A stretch of DNA of 64,000 nucleotides from Octopus vulgaris (Eukaryota): contig OX597817.1 in the NCBI GenBank assembly GCA_951406725.2, positions 112,964,001 through 113,028,000 of the forward strand, given 5' to 3'. Shown here in pieces: positions 26,011 through 39,859 of the stretch; the stretch's first letter is position 1, and each line of letters opens with the position of its first letter. The position numbers and the translations under genes are program-made. The notes under the pieces were generated by a model that worked only from the letters and a program-made list of their open reading frames with translations, did not search any database and was not told where the DNA came from.

Positions 26011-27308
26011 CCTCATCGTGTGTCCATTTTCCATGCTAGCATGAGTTGAATTGTTTGACAGGAGCTGACCAGCTGAAGGGCTATTTAGGCTCCATGTCTG
26101 TTTTGGCATGGTTTCTATGGCTGATTGCCCTTCCTAATGCCAACCACTTTACAGAGTGTACTGGGTGCTTACATGCAGCACCAGTACAGGTGCTTTTTAC
26201 ATGGCACCAGCACTTAAGAACCCACAAGATTAGGGATGCTCAGCAAGGGATGAGCCTGTATGCAAGGGTAACCATGCTTTTACTTAGCTTAATGTATCTT
26301 TTCAAGCACAGCAAACTGCCAGGAATCTCAGTCCCCTGTCATCCCTTCTGTGAGTCCCAACATTTGTAGATCTTTTCTCACTACTTCATTCCACATCTTT
26401 CTGGGTCTACCCCTTCCACATATTCATTCTATAATTAGAAAGCAGAACCTCTTGATGCAACTGTCTTCATTCATACACAATATTTTTTTTTTACTCGTTT
26501 CAGTCATTTGACTGTGGCCATACTGGAGCACCACCTTTAGTCGAGCAAATCAACCCCAGGACTTTTTCTTTGTAAGCCTAGTACTTATTGTATCAGTCAC
26601 TTTTGCCAGACTGCTAAGTTACAGGGATGTAAACACACCAGCATTGTCAAGCAATGCTGTGGGGACAAACACAGACACACAAACACGCGCACACACTCAT
26701 ACATGTATACATATATACGATGGGCTTCTTTCAGTTTCTGTCTACCAATCTCTCTCACTCTTTCCCTCCCTCTCCCCCTGTCTCTCTCTGTGGAATAAAG
26801 TGAAAGTGATATAAAGAAACAAAAGTTTATCTATATATAAGCAAAAAATCTATACACATTACTTGTACATTTGTAAGATCTTATTCACTTAGAAATAATA
26901 AATATACAGTTTAGAAAAAAATTTTTGCTTTTTCTGATTCTGCTACTGCACTTTTAGTCACTTGGAAAATAAGCTGAGAGATGTTACTTCCTTCACTGAT
27001 ATGCATTCCAGGTCACTTCTCTCTGACTCTCTTAACTCCTTGACACCCTCCAATCTTCCCTGGAATTTTGGATCACATCTTTTACTAATACAGTTTATCT
27101 AACTTGTCATTATCACTTTGGGGAATTCAGGATCACATCTTCTCTGACTCATTTTATCTCATTTCCCCCTTTTCTCTATCTTTCCTGATTAGAATGAGCA
27201 AAATATGAACAACCAAACTATATTTCAACTAGTTCACACCATCTTCGAATATAACATTTGTTGCTTTTTATTTGATATTATTTTGTTTTGGGTTTTATTT
27301 ATTTATTA

Positions 27309-27343
<35 letters not shown>

Positions 27344-29724
27344 AAAAGGAAATAATGATCACTTTGTTTTTCTAGATACAGATTGATATTTTATAACTTG
27401 CCGTATTTGTTCAGCTAATTTATTTAGTATCTACATTTATTGTTTAGAATTTGCTTCCTTCAAAACATATCTTCACATCACTTATTTATGGTGCCTTTTT
27501 TACCAAACCTAAACTTTTACTATGATACTTATATTGCATTTTAAATTATATAATAATATCATTTTGCAAATCTCTTTATATTTGAAATGTAGAAAAATAA
27601 TAGTATTTTTTTTTTCAAATCCCTCTTTGTTTTTAGTTATGCCCTTAATGTTTTTAATTTGTTTTAGCCATCATGGCTATCTATGATGGCTTTGATGAAT
27701 AGCATTCTGTTGCTTATTCGGCATGAATGAGAAAGCTTACTTGTAATCAATACTGTTTGAAGAATCTACCATTGAATTTGGTGTCCTATATAGATAGATA
27801 CTTGCATTTAATTCCAGCAGAAAATTAAAGTTACTCATCACTTCAGATTCTGATAGCTAGTGCATTTCATTGTAATAGAATTCTTGGTTTTGGTTTTGTT
27901 TTCATATTCTTATCACCAAAAAATAGCAACACTGTTAGCATTTTATATTCAGTTACTTCGAGTGTATACAGCTATTAACCATAAGAGCAGAAAGGATATA
28001 TGTGATATTGAATTTGTCTAGCTATGTAATAGCTATTATAACTATAGAATTGTTGTTTCACTCCTTACGGTCCCCTGGTTGTTGATTCACTTATTCCCAA
28101 AGGGACAGGAGGAAAGGATATAATATTGCATTCCCTTCTGAGTCATGAATATGATGAATGGAATGTTCCTGAAAGTTCAGCTTGACCTATTCTATTTAGA
28201 TAGCTTTCTAAAAGATTTATCTGATATATATATTTCATCACATTTTAACCATTTACCTACAACAAGGAGCATTATGTTTCATATGGTATTAAGATATTAT
28301 ATTTGCAAGAGTCTAGTATACTTAATATTAGATGAAGATTAACTATGTTAAAGGCAATTTAGAAATTGAGTAACTTTTTCTTCAGAGAAAGAATATTTTA
28401 TAATGGAAAATATTTTGTAAATTGTTTGAAATATCTTTTATCCATCATCATTTTTAATTCTATGTTTTGTATCTCCTTAGCAATTCAGCTATGTTTTCCT
28501 TCTTGACATGTTCTCATTTAAATCATTCAATCAAAATTAAAATAGTAGACTGTACTACATTGATTTTCCCTGGCCAATAATTAAAAAAAAACTCAACTGT
28601 TTTTACTTTCGGACAACTATTTCATGAACCATCTAAATTTCACTAATGGCATCTAATCTTTTAAGTGATTGTTTATCTAGAGAACATTTTGAACAACACC
28701 TTCAACTTTCGTTTTCAGTCATATATCTAATCTTTTTAAACAATGTATTATTTGTCACACTTTTTACTACTTCTTCTATCACTTTGTTAAAGTTGTGTAT
28801 CATATATTTATTTATTTATTTTTATCAACATTTGTATCTCAAGAGATGGCTTGTGCAAACTCAAGAAAAAGTAGAGCATTACTGTGTTAAATTCTAACTT
28901 AAGATGATGATTCATTGTGCCCAAAATGTCTATAGGTCAAACTACTTGTGTAAAGAGTCAACCCTTAAAAAGTTCACTAAGGCAGAAAGGATGTATGTCT
29001 TCTAAAGATATCAAATAACTCTATCCTTATACTTAATTATAATGATGGTTCATTAGAAATTTTCACCTTTTTAACTAATCTTTAGTGACACACTTTTATT
29101 TATTTTATCTATATATTATTCCCTCTACAAGAATGGCTTTAAACAGTTATAAAAATGTGTTTGATAGTCACTAAAATTTAGAATTTTCTTATCTATAGCC
29201 TTTTTTATTCCTCGTATTATGTTCTTTGAGGCACCTACATATGCACCCCTATTTCATATTCACAAGTAGCATAAAGTGTTGTAAGTGAATTAGTTAAGAT
29301 GGGCTTCTGACCCATGAGTCATAAGTTCAAAATGTGCATTATTCTTAAGGTAGCCTACTTTACTCAAATCAGCTTGTCTGGAAAAAAATCAAATGAAAAA
29401 GCAAAATCTCTATCTCACTTCAGGATTAAGTGGTTGACACTAATAAGAATACTCAAAATAATTACTGCAAATGTTTGAATTCTCAAAACTTGAAACATAC
29501 TAGAATTTTCTGCCTATATAACTTGAAGTTTAAAAAAAAACCATAATAATAAAAAAGCAAAAATTCCTGAAACCTTTCTAAAGTACATCGTGTTTCTGGA
29601 TAGGCAGATATCCTGTTTACATTTATTTCTATGATATCATTTCACTAGCTTTTCCTGCTTTAAATAATATCTCTCTATGACATTATTTAAAATGGGAATA
29701 TTAACATGGCCATTAAATAATAAT

Positions 29725-29762
<38 letters not shown>

Positions 29763-31528
29763 TGATGATGATTGCTATAAATAAATGTCATGCCAATTTA
29801 TACTACAGAGATCATGTATATGCATTCTACTCCCCACCCTGCCTAGATACACAGCTGGCTGTAACAGTAGTTTCAAGCTCTGACCAAATACTCATGTACT
29901 GACACTGGTGCATCACTGCGTCCATGAGGAAAACATAATTTTCAATGGATTTAAACACTTCTGTAAATAAATATATTGGGAAACAATGGAAACTGTAAAA
30001 CTAATGAGGGTTTCATTAGTTTATAATGGGAAACACATGATGGGGAATCAAGCTAGTGTATCTTTTCTTGAACTATCAGGTGGGAATGAAGTCAACAGAA
30101 GTGTTCCTGTATTCTGATATTTTGAAGAACATTACTTACTTTGCATTATACTCTCAAGCAAACTATTCTATTTGCTTAAGTCAGTTTATGATTGTAATTA
30201 TATAGAGTGGATTAGTCGAAATAAGAGCATTATGTATATCATATAATCATCATCATTACCATTGCTTTTACATCCAATCTCATATGGGTTGGACAGAAAT
30301 TGCTGAGGCAGATTTTCTACAGCCAGATGCCCTTCCTGTTGCCAACACTCATCTATTTCCAACATATATTTCCTCATAGCTGAACCTGTTTGCATAGAAG
30401 ATTTGAAAACAAAAGACACTGCTTGTATGACACATGCAATGTGAAATCAAGGAGACACAAACACACCCATTTGTACTTATATATTATATGATGGGTTTCT
30501 TTTCACTAACCAAATTCACTCAAGGCTTTGGTTTGTCTCAGGCTATAAGTAGAAGACACTTGCTCAAGGTGCCACATTGTGGAACTGAATCCAAAACCAT
30601 ATTGGAAGGAAGTGAACTTCTTAACGATACAGCTAGTGCATTGCTTTAAGCCACTTATTTTTGTGTTTGCAGTTGGTACTTATTTCAAACTACTACATTT
30701 GCGAGGCATAAAAATAAACATTATAGGCTTCTTGGACCTTAAACATTAAACATCGAAACAAACACACAGAAAGCACACACATGTATATGTTTACATGCTT
30801 GTATTTGTGTGTAAGTGTATATATGTGTGTGCATCTGTGTATCACGTATGTCTAATGATATGTTTGTTTGTGTATGTATACTGAGAGAAAGACAGAGAGA
30901 TGGTTATGCTTGAAACTTTAGTTCAATTTTTTAGCAAATCTTGTAAACTGGTGGATTTCCTTACAAAAAAATAAATAAATAAAAAAGAAACAAAAAAGTA
31001 CTGGAGTAAAAGAAATTTAGAAAAAAAAAACAACTTTATTTTATTACTGGCAGATAGTGATACATAGACATATAAACCAAGCCATTGCTTTGTTTATGAT
31101 ATGAAACAGCTTGAATGGCAAAAGGTAATGAAGGTATTGATATTGAATATTAACTGTAAACTAATAAAATCTACATGCAGATAAATATACACACATACGT
31201 ATGCAATTACACATATCATTACTTGCATGTGAACATTTACACATGCATATGAACACATACACATGTATGTATATAAACTTACATACATACACACGTATTA
31301 TTGATTTAATGAAATATTCAAAGATATATGTGTTTGTTTGGGTTTTTGTTGTTGTTTTTTTTTTCTTTTTCTGAAACTTAGTTTGCATACTATCAGTTGG
31401 TATTTAAAATGTTTCTTTTATCGATTTCAGATGTCAAGCATAAGTAAAATAGAAGAAAGTTTCCTTAGATTTCATGTTTGTTTAGGATTTTCTGAATTAG
31501 TGTGGAAGTTTTATGTATACATATGCAC

Positions 31529-31559
<31 letters not shown>

Positions 31560-32555
31560 TCATTATCTTTACCATTTCAGTATCCACTTTTCCATACTAG
31601 CATATATCAAACAAGACTTACTGTGGCAGTTTTTCCTATAGACAGATGTCCTTCTTGTCTGATAACAGCCCTTACTTAGTCTTTCTTGGGACAAACAGCT
31701 CAACAGCCAGACATGTATTCACAGCAGATATAAACAAAATTCATAATAGTGGCATTGTTTTTACTGTGCACAGATGTCTGGGCATGTTTTTGCTACAGAT
31801 ATGAACAATGACACTATTTGCATGGCACACAAAACAATGACAAAGCATTGCTCAGTTTGAGGCCATAGTAGAAGACACCTGCTCACAATGTCATTCTGGA
31901 GAAATTAACCTTAAACTATTTGACTGCAGAACAAACTTCTTAACCCTTTAGCATTTAAACCGATCATATCTGGCCCAAACATTCTGCCCATTTTATACTC
32001 AAACTAGTCACATCCAGCCTTTCACATCTACCTTACAATATTATTCTAAAGGAGTGGCTGTGTGGTAAGAAGGTGGCGAGCTGGCAGAAACGTGCTACCT
32101 GCATGTTTGTTTATTTGTTGTAAAGGGGTGGACTTATGATCAAAGGTGTTCTAGTTATGATATTATTTATCTAGTTCTACATCAGATAACATGTTTCTTT
32201 TTTAAAAAAAGTTTATTGGGCATGTTTTGTGGGAGATTTGAATGGTATTTTTAGCCTGTTGCTCTGTCATTGATATGTATATGTGATTGTTTTTCGATAG
32301 AGCCAACATCTGGCTCTACTGAGTTGACTTAACTCTGTTGTTCTTTTTCTTTAAGTGAAGCATGAATACAATGATGATAGGGTGGTATTATATGACAAAG
32401 GTGTGGATGACAACTGGGAGTTGCAGTAATTATGAAGCTACAGTATTAACGTTGCAAGATTACATGTTCAAGCTCTTATAAGAGCTGTTCTGCATGTTGT
32501 ACTCTTGAAGAAGCAAATGTCATTTTATTTGCATTGGAATTAAGTTTCCATCCTA

Positions 32556-32586
<31 letters not shown>

Positions 32587-32855
32587 GACAAAGAGTTTAC
32601 AAGAAGATGAAATTCACTAGTTTGTGAAGACCTGAAAGTCAGAAAATACCTATTACTCACTGACTAGTGAAATTTATATATCTTTTGGTTGAATTTAAGG
32701 ACTCTTATTTTTTTATATTTTATTGAACTCTCATTAAAATTCATTTAAAATTCATGTTCTACCATTTCATATACAACTATATATATTTCTGGAGCGATCT
32801 TGCTCACATTAATATGATAAAAATTAACAGGAAATTGAGTGAGCAGGATCTAGAA

Positions 32856-33172
32856 CAGTGGTTCTCAATCATTTTTTTTACCTTTGGACCCCTTTGCTTA
32901 CTATTTTATTCTGGTGGACCCCCATAGCTATTCAATGTTTAAAAACTAGTTTTATAGAAACTTCTTTCAAAATTCCTATTCACTTGTCACACATTCACTT
33001 GTGTAGGTTGAATTATGTAAAATGTTAGAGGAAGAAACCTGTTTCTTGTGATAAATATATCTAAAGCAAAATTGTTTTTGTGAACCCATAAAATACTACT
33101 GTGGACCCAATTTATTATTTTGCTTGTGTGGACCACAAAAAATCTTATATGAACCTCAGTTGAAAACCACTG
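32856..33172. mobile_element. hAT-type MITE
   Basis: TIRs CAGTGGTTCTCAA / TTGAAAACCACTG, with an 8-bp TSD ATCTAGAA / ATCTAGGA. Confidence 0.85.
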
Positions 33173-33721
33173 ATCTAGGAAACAGTTACAAACTTTGAAA
33201 AGTTGTCTTGAACAATACCAGATGTCCCATATGATAAACAGCATGTAAATATTGATATAGTATGTAATGATGCTACATACATGGAACATCTGCTATATTT
33301 TTTGTGTGTTTTTTTAATGTCTTCTAGGGAAGTAGAGGAATATTGAAAATGGGATTATTCCAGTAGCTGCTAATTTCTTGTAGAAGCTTCTCTAGTTGAT
33401 TGTCAGTAGTATGATAATATTTTGGCTGCATTTCCTTGCAGTTAATTACATATTAATGAAGGCTTGCATTTTTCAAAGGATTATCAATTATTGTTTCCTT
33501 GTGTTATTGTGTTACAAGGAAACAGTCTAAGGATATTAAATCTGTCTGTTTTTTATGGGAAAATGTTTAAATGGTAACAGCAATGCAGAATGTAAACAGT
33601 GCACTGATAGTTGTGCTGCTCAGGGTAATTTGATAGTTTTATTATATTACTGGGATAGTTGCTTGATAAGAAGAGCCACATATACATATTGTTTTTCTTT
33701 GCTCTCAAAAACTGCAACTTA

Positions 33722-34260
33722 TCATCATCATCATCAGCATTTAACGTCCGCTTTCCATGCTAGCATGGGTTGGACGGTTCAACTGGGGTCTGGCAAGCCC
33801 GAAGGCTGCACCAGGCCAGTCAGATCTGGCAGTGTTTCTACAGCTGGATGCCCTTCCTAACGCCAACCACTCCAAGAGTGTAGTGGGTGATTTTATGTGC
33901 CACCGACACAGGTGCCAGACAAGGCTGGCAGACAGCCACGCTCGGATGGTGTTTTTTATGTGCCACCGACACAGGTGCCAGACGAGGCTGGCAGACGGCC
34001 ACGCTCGGATGGTGTTTTCTTATGTGCCACCAACACAGGTGCCAGACGAGGCTGGCGAACGGCCACGCTCGGATGGTGTTTGTTACGTGCCCTCAGCACG
34101 GAGGCCAGTCGATGCGGTACTGGCTACGGTCACGTTCGGATGGTTTTCTTATGTGCCACCGGCACTAATTTCCACAAGGATACAAATTCCATTGATGTTC
34201 ATCTATTTTGATTTGGTTTGATTTGATTTGATTTGATTTTCACTTGATTTGATTTGATTT
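33722..34260 (-). mobile_element. Non-autonomous retroelement with a (GAT)n tail and internal ~63-bp tandem repeats
   Basis: CATCATCAT..TTTAACGTCCGCTTTCCATGCTAGCATGGG 3' end and about 4 copies of ATGTGCCACC...CGGATGGTG. Relatives at 6370-6580, 26010-26480, 46905-47420, 56880-57290 and 58030-58610. Confidence 0.7.
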
Positions 34261-34326
34261 ATATTTTTTTTAAATTGCAAGTAAGAAAATATTTATAGCT
34301 GTGTGCATATAAATATATATATCTTC

Positions 34327-34360
<34 letters not shown>

Positions 34361-35202
34361 TATATTTCTAACTTACCTTCATAGAGAATAATGCTGGAGT
34401 GCCTATATAAAATCACCCCTGGAGTGGGTGATTTTATATGGGCACTAGGGACAAAGGGAGCAATAGGAAGTAGGTAGGTGCAGTAGTAATGGGTTTTTTG
34501 TTTTTTTCTTTTATCTTTTTTGTTTTGTCAGTCTTTGTTGCCTATTTAAAAATTAAGAAGTTAAATGTAATATTATGATAAACTGCTTGTTGGCTACCAT
34601 AACAGCAATAGTATTAACAACAACATCAGTAATTTTTGTAGACTCCAAAATGTGAATAAGTAAATAAACAAAACTGTATGTATAGCACCCATCCATAAAT
34701 TACAAACAATAAATGTAAACATAATTTAAAAGATATTGCCAAAGTTTGAGGACATTTCTATACATGAAACTAAGAGGACCACTGCACCTGCTCTATTAAG
34801 TAATGTCATGACTTGTGTGTGCAAATATATATATATATATATATATATTTACATAAGAAGGACTCTCCCATCAAAGATGATGTGAGTGTTCATCTTTTTC
34901 CGAATTACCAGCACAAATGATTTGTTTATAGTGATCAAATATGCATGCCATACATTAGCTTACCCCCTCTATCAAATCAATGTTGTCTGAACAGGTGCAT
35001 GGTGTACCACACACCTGGTGTCAAAGTGACCACAGAGTAAATGTAAGATGAAGTGTTTTGCTCAAGAACACAACACACCACCCGGTCTAGGAATTGAAAC
35101 CATGATCTCACGATCGTGAGTGCAACACCCTGACCACTAAGCCATGCATCCTCACACACACACATATATACTATATTAAAAAGCAGCAAAAATATTACAA
35201 AA

Positions 35203-35237
35203 ACTATTACTCAGAGTTTCACGTTTCCATTCGTCAC
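35203..35237 (-). ncRNA. Truncated hammerhead ribozyme motif
   Basis: Minus strand TGACGA-ATG(GAAA)CGT-GAAA-CTC(T)GAG-TA. C3 and the 5' arm of stem I are missing. Confidence 0.55.
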
Positions 35238-35254
35238 ATTTATGCTCTTACTCT

Positions 35255-35293
<39 letters not shown>

Positions 35294-36144
35294 TTGAACA
35301 TTGTTGGATTGTTGATTCTCGCTATGAGTGTCAATTGCTTATCTCATAATCTACTTATGTGTATAAACAGACAATTTTCCATGTAGGCAAAGGAATTAGT
35401 GTATGTGTATATGTGAACATATAAAAAATACAACTATAAATCAGAATATAATGATAAATTTCAGCTGGTACCTCTGGGTGTATATATAGAGTACAAAGAA
35501 TATGTACTTGAGTTTGGCCAAAAGTCATGTCCTCAAGGTTGGGTCAACAACTAAGGTCAAATGGTGATGCATCAAATATTCACTTATTATAGGGTAGTGC
35601 CATTCTAAGTAGTCACCTACATTGAACTAGTACCTTGAACCAAATTATTCTTTATATTCTTTGTTTGTGTATTAAAATTGGGGAGAGAGAAAACAGACAG
35701 TAGCTAATAAAATAATAGTTTGAGAAGTACTGGTTTAAGTGTTACTACTTAGTGAACTAATGATCTTTGAACAGACATAGCAACCACCAACTTCCTCTTT
35801 CTTCTATTCATTCTTCATTCCTTATTTAGCAACTTTCATTTTTTAGATACTTATTATTAATTCGATTCATATATTAATTTGAAGAAGCCTATAAAGGGGT
35901 CTTTCTGAATATTCTCTACCCTAACAGGTAGAGAATTAATAACAATTAGCTCTCCCAGAAATCAAGCCATATTACCTTAAAAATAAGGATACATTTATTA
36001 GTGCTGTTTTGCATAAGTAATGCCTGAATAAAAGATGAAATATCCATGTCTGGAATAATTTGACAATGGTGCTATTAGATCAACTCAGACCTGAGGTTTA
36101 GCTGCTGCTGCTGCTGCTGTTACTACTACTACTACTACTACTAC

Positions 36145-36182
<38 letters not shown>

Positions 36183-36537
36183 TAAAAAAGGTAAAGACCA
36201 CCTTAGTCATGAATGATCATGGGATTGCACCTACAAAGTTACCCTTTGAGGCACAAGTCCAGGCAAGGTTTATTTACAGAAGACCAGGAGTCACCCATGC
36301 ATACCAGCCTCCCTTCTCCGTGCTACTGATGTTATCCAATGGAAAGACAAAGGCCAATACAACTTGGCAGCAGTAATACCACAACTCATTTCTGCAGCTG
36401 AGTGAACTGGAGCAACATGAAATAAAGTGTCTTGCTCAAGTATCAAGTACACAACACACAGCCTGGTCCAGGAATTGAACTCATTGCCACATGATTGTGA
36501 GCCTGACACTCTAACTACTGAGCCATGCACCTTCATA

Positions 36538-36579
<42 letters not shown>

Positions 36580-37343
36580 GAGCGAGATCATTGCCAGTCC
36601 AACCCATGCTAGCATGGAAAGTGGATGTTAAACGATGATGATGATGATGATGATGATATATATATATATATATATATATAACCACATAATATTACAAAAA
36701 TTTCATTGGCAAAAATATATTTCTTATATTGTTTTGTAAGTTATTGCCAGAATATTTAGGCTTCCTGACTGCTCTAGTTCCTTGGGTCTCTGAGCCCTTC
36801 TCTCCTCACTAAAAAATTGTCAGACATGAAAACATACATATAAAGAAACAACAATAGTACTTTTGGTTTGATTTAATGGATACATTAGATATGGTAGAAT
36901 GACAGAACTGGTGTACAATACTGACTGTTATGAAATTTCTGAACTTAGGATAATATTGGCCCATTAGCATTCAGATGACTCTGTTAAATATAATACTCAT
37001 CTATTTATATTGTTTTGAATTAATTATGCATTGTCTCATAGCTTCAAGTTTTTTATATGATTGTTTATTTATAGAATGATATTGTAGGTTGGGTGTGAGA
37101 GGCTGGATATGTCAAGTTTGAATACAAAACAAGTAGAATATTTATGGATGGATATGGCTAGTTTATAAGCTAGTGAGTAAAAACAAGAATGCTGATGGAT
37201 ATAACTTAAGAAGTTTGCTTGAATTACAATATATTTGCAGAAGAATTAATTTCATTCATGCTTTGTAACTAAATAGTATTGTTGTGCAAAAGATGAGTAA
37301 AATTGTTCGAAGTCAACAAAATGGGACTCAATGGGCAACTGCT

Positions 37344-37572
37344 TTAACCCTTTAACATTTAAACCAGCCATATCCAGCCCAAATATTCTACTTATTCAAT
37401 CTTCAAACTGGCCACATGTGGCCCCTCACACCTAAACTACAATGTCATTCTAAAAATAAACAGTCACATCATTGAAATCTCAGAGCTACAAGGTAATTGA
37501 TGATTAATTCATAACAATGTGAATAAAAAAAGCATTACATTAGACAGAATAATCTGAATGCTAAAAAGTTAA
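37344..37572. mobile_element. piggyBac-like MITE
   Basis: TTAA-CCCTTTAACATT ... GAATGCTAAAAAG-TTAA. Related copies at 1-105, 31940-32050, 36960-37180 and 43099-43323. Confidence 0.7.
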
Positions 37573-38566
37573 AGAGCTAAAATTAGTATTTACAATACTA
37601 GTTTCTGATATGAGTTGTATATCATTAATTCTATGTTCCTGTATGAACCATCCAGAATTTAAAGATTGATATAGAATTAAATAACAATTGAAATCTTTGA
37701 CATCTGTTTGTGTATATATCTGATCGAAAATAACAGATATCAGTTCTTTTAATTCATGTTTTATTTGGAAATTTCATTTTTGGTGATAAGGTTAAGAAAA
37801 AATATTTTCAATAATTTGATGTTAGGCTTTGATTAGATATTAATCATTTTGTTGCCCCGTTTTTATATATTGATTGTAATGGTTTAGAATAATAACCTGA
37901 CATAATATGAGACGATGGAAGAAATTAATAATTTTTGATATTGGTTGTTTTTCCTTTCTGATAGTATTTTCAAGATTCATTGTTTGTATGAAATATCTCT
38001 AGCTCTTGCCTTTTTTTTTCGTCTCTAAATATCCTGCAATTTTGCTATCTTCTATTCATCTTCTCTTATTTGTTGTTTGTCTAGTTTTCCATTCTCTGCT
38101 TTCCTGTGTTCTTCACACACATAACTATTGTAAATGAGATTTTATTCTGTTTTACTTTCCATAGCAAAGAATAAAATTGCTATTAAGCAATTCAGATTAA
38201 TCTTTATTTTTAGTTTTCAAGATGTGAACCATTTTTCTTTAGATGTGATAGGCCAGGAAAATAGCTTATGTTTAGTGGAGAGAGAGAAGTTCTTGATTAC
38301 ATGATCAGAATTTAGATTTCACTAAAATTAAAATCCTTCAATTTAATTATTTTCTTAGCATAGACTTTTTCTTTAATCTTACCACACAGAGGTCCCATGG
38401 TTATTAAGAAGTTTCTTTTAAAATCATGCGGTTCCAGTTTTGAGCTCACTGCATATCACCTTGGACAAGTGTGTTATATTATACCATAACCTTGGGGCAA
38501 CCTGAGTCTTGTAAGGGGAATTTGGTAGACATAGACTGTACAGAAACACGTCATATATGTGTGTAT

Positions 38567-38599
<33 letters not shown>

Positions 38600-39144
38600 T
38601 GCATATACATATATACAGAGTTCAGACATGGCTATGTAGTTAAGAAGTTTTCTTCCCAACCATGTGCCTTCAAGTTTAATCCATCTGTATGGCACTTTCA
38701 ATGACTGTTTTCTGCTATAGCCTCAAGTTTCTTTGGTTGGCAGAAACTATGGAAGCCCATCATATGCATATGTGTGTATGCATGCATGTTTTTTTTCCAG
38801 GTACCTTTCTATTGACACTATTTGGATAGCAGTAACATTTGTTTCAAACTTAGGAGAGAGAGCCAGTTAACCTCAGCAAGATTTGAACTCAGAATGAATG
38901 CACTAATGACTTTGTCAGCTTGGAGTGTCACAATAAAATACGTCCTGTACACTCTGTATAGTCACAGAATGAGCGAAGACATTGTGGTTGTAAGGACTCT
39001 GTAGTCAATCTGAGGATATGACAGCCTCCCCAGTGTCATGATAAAATGCTTCCAGTACTTTCTGTAAATCATTAGAAAGGACATCCAGTCATGGAAACCA
39101 TGCTAAAAATGGAACATTTTTGAGAAAGACATGATTCTCTAACC

Positions 39145-39859
39145 CTTTGGTCTTCCAACCCTTTTTGCACCATGAACTGGTTTCAAGCAAAGTAATTTTT
39201 CCATAGACCAGTGCATCATGTGCATAATAAAACACTAAAGGGCATAAAATGTAACTTAATTGTTATATATATAATGATTTCAAACTTTAGCACAGGGTCA
39301 GCAGTTTTTGAGGGGAAGGGGAAGTTGATTACATCAATTGCAGTACTTGACTGCTACTTATTTTATCCAGCACAAAAGGATGAAATGTAAAGTCATCCTC
39401 AGCAGAATTTGAACTCAGAAAATAAAAACAGACAAAATGCTACTAAGCTATTTGTCCAGCATGCTAACAGTTCTGCCAGCTTACATATTATGCACTTTAT
39501 TTCTACTATTATTACATTGTAGACTAAGGCAGCAAACTGGCAGAATCATTAGCATGCTGAACAAAATGCTTAGCAGTATTTAGTCCATCTTTATGTTCTG
39601 AGTTCAAATTCTGCTGAGGTCAACTTTGCCTTTCATCCTTTCGGGGTCAATAAAATAAGTACCAGTTGAGTACTGGGGTCAATGTTATCAATTTACCCTC
39701 TCCCCCCCCAAATCATGGTCTTCTACCAAAATTTGAAACTATTGTATTGCAGATGGCAATAGTCAGTGAAATAGAAATAAAATTTTAAAATTTATGCTTT
39801 CTGTGTGTCCTGATCTACAGCCCACTTCTGGTTCAGTGCCTGGTGGTTGGGGACTCCTG
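39145..39859. mobile_element. hAT-type MITE containing two oppositely oriented SINEs
   Basis: Right TIR GGTTGGGGACTCCTG, degenerate left TIR CTTTGGTCTTCCAACC, and an 8-bp TSD CTCTAACC at 39137-39144 and 39860-39867. Confidence 0.7.

Noticed and set aside
33890-34165. CRISPR-like repeats
   Set aside because: These are degenerate tandem units inside a dispersed eukaryotic retroelement, with no cas genes.
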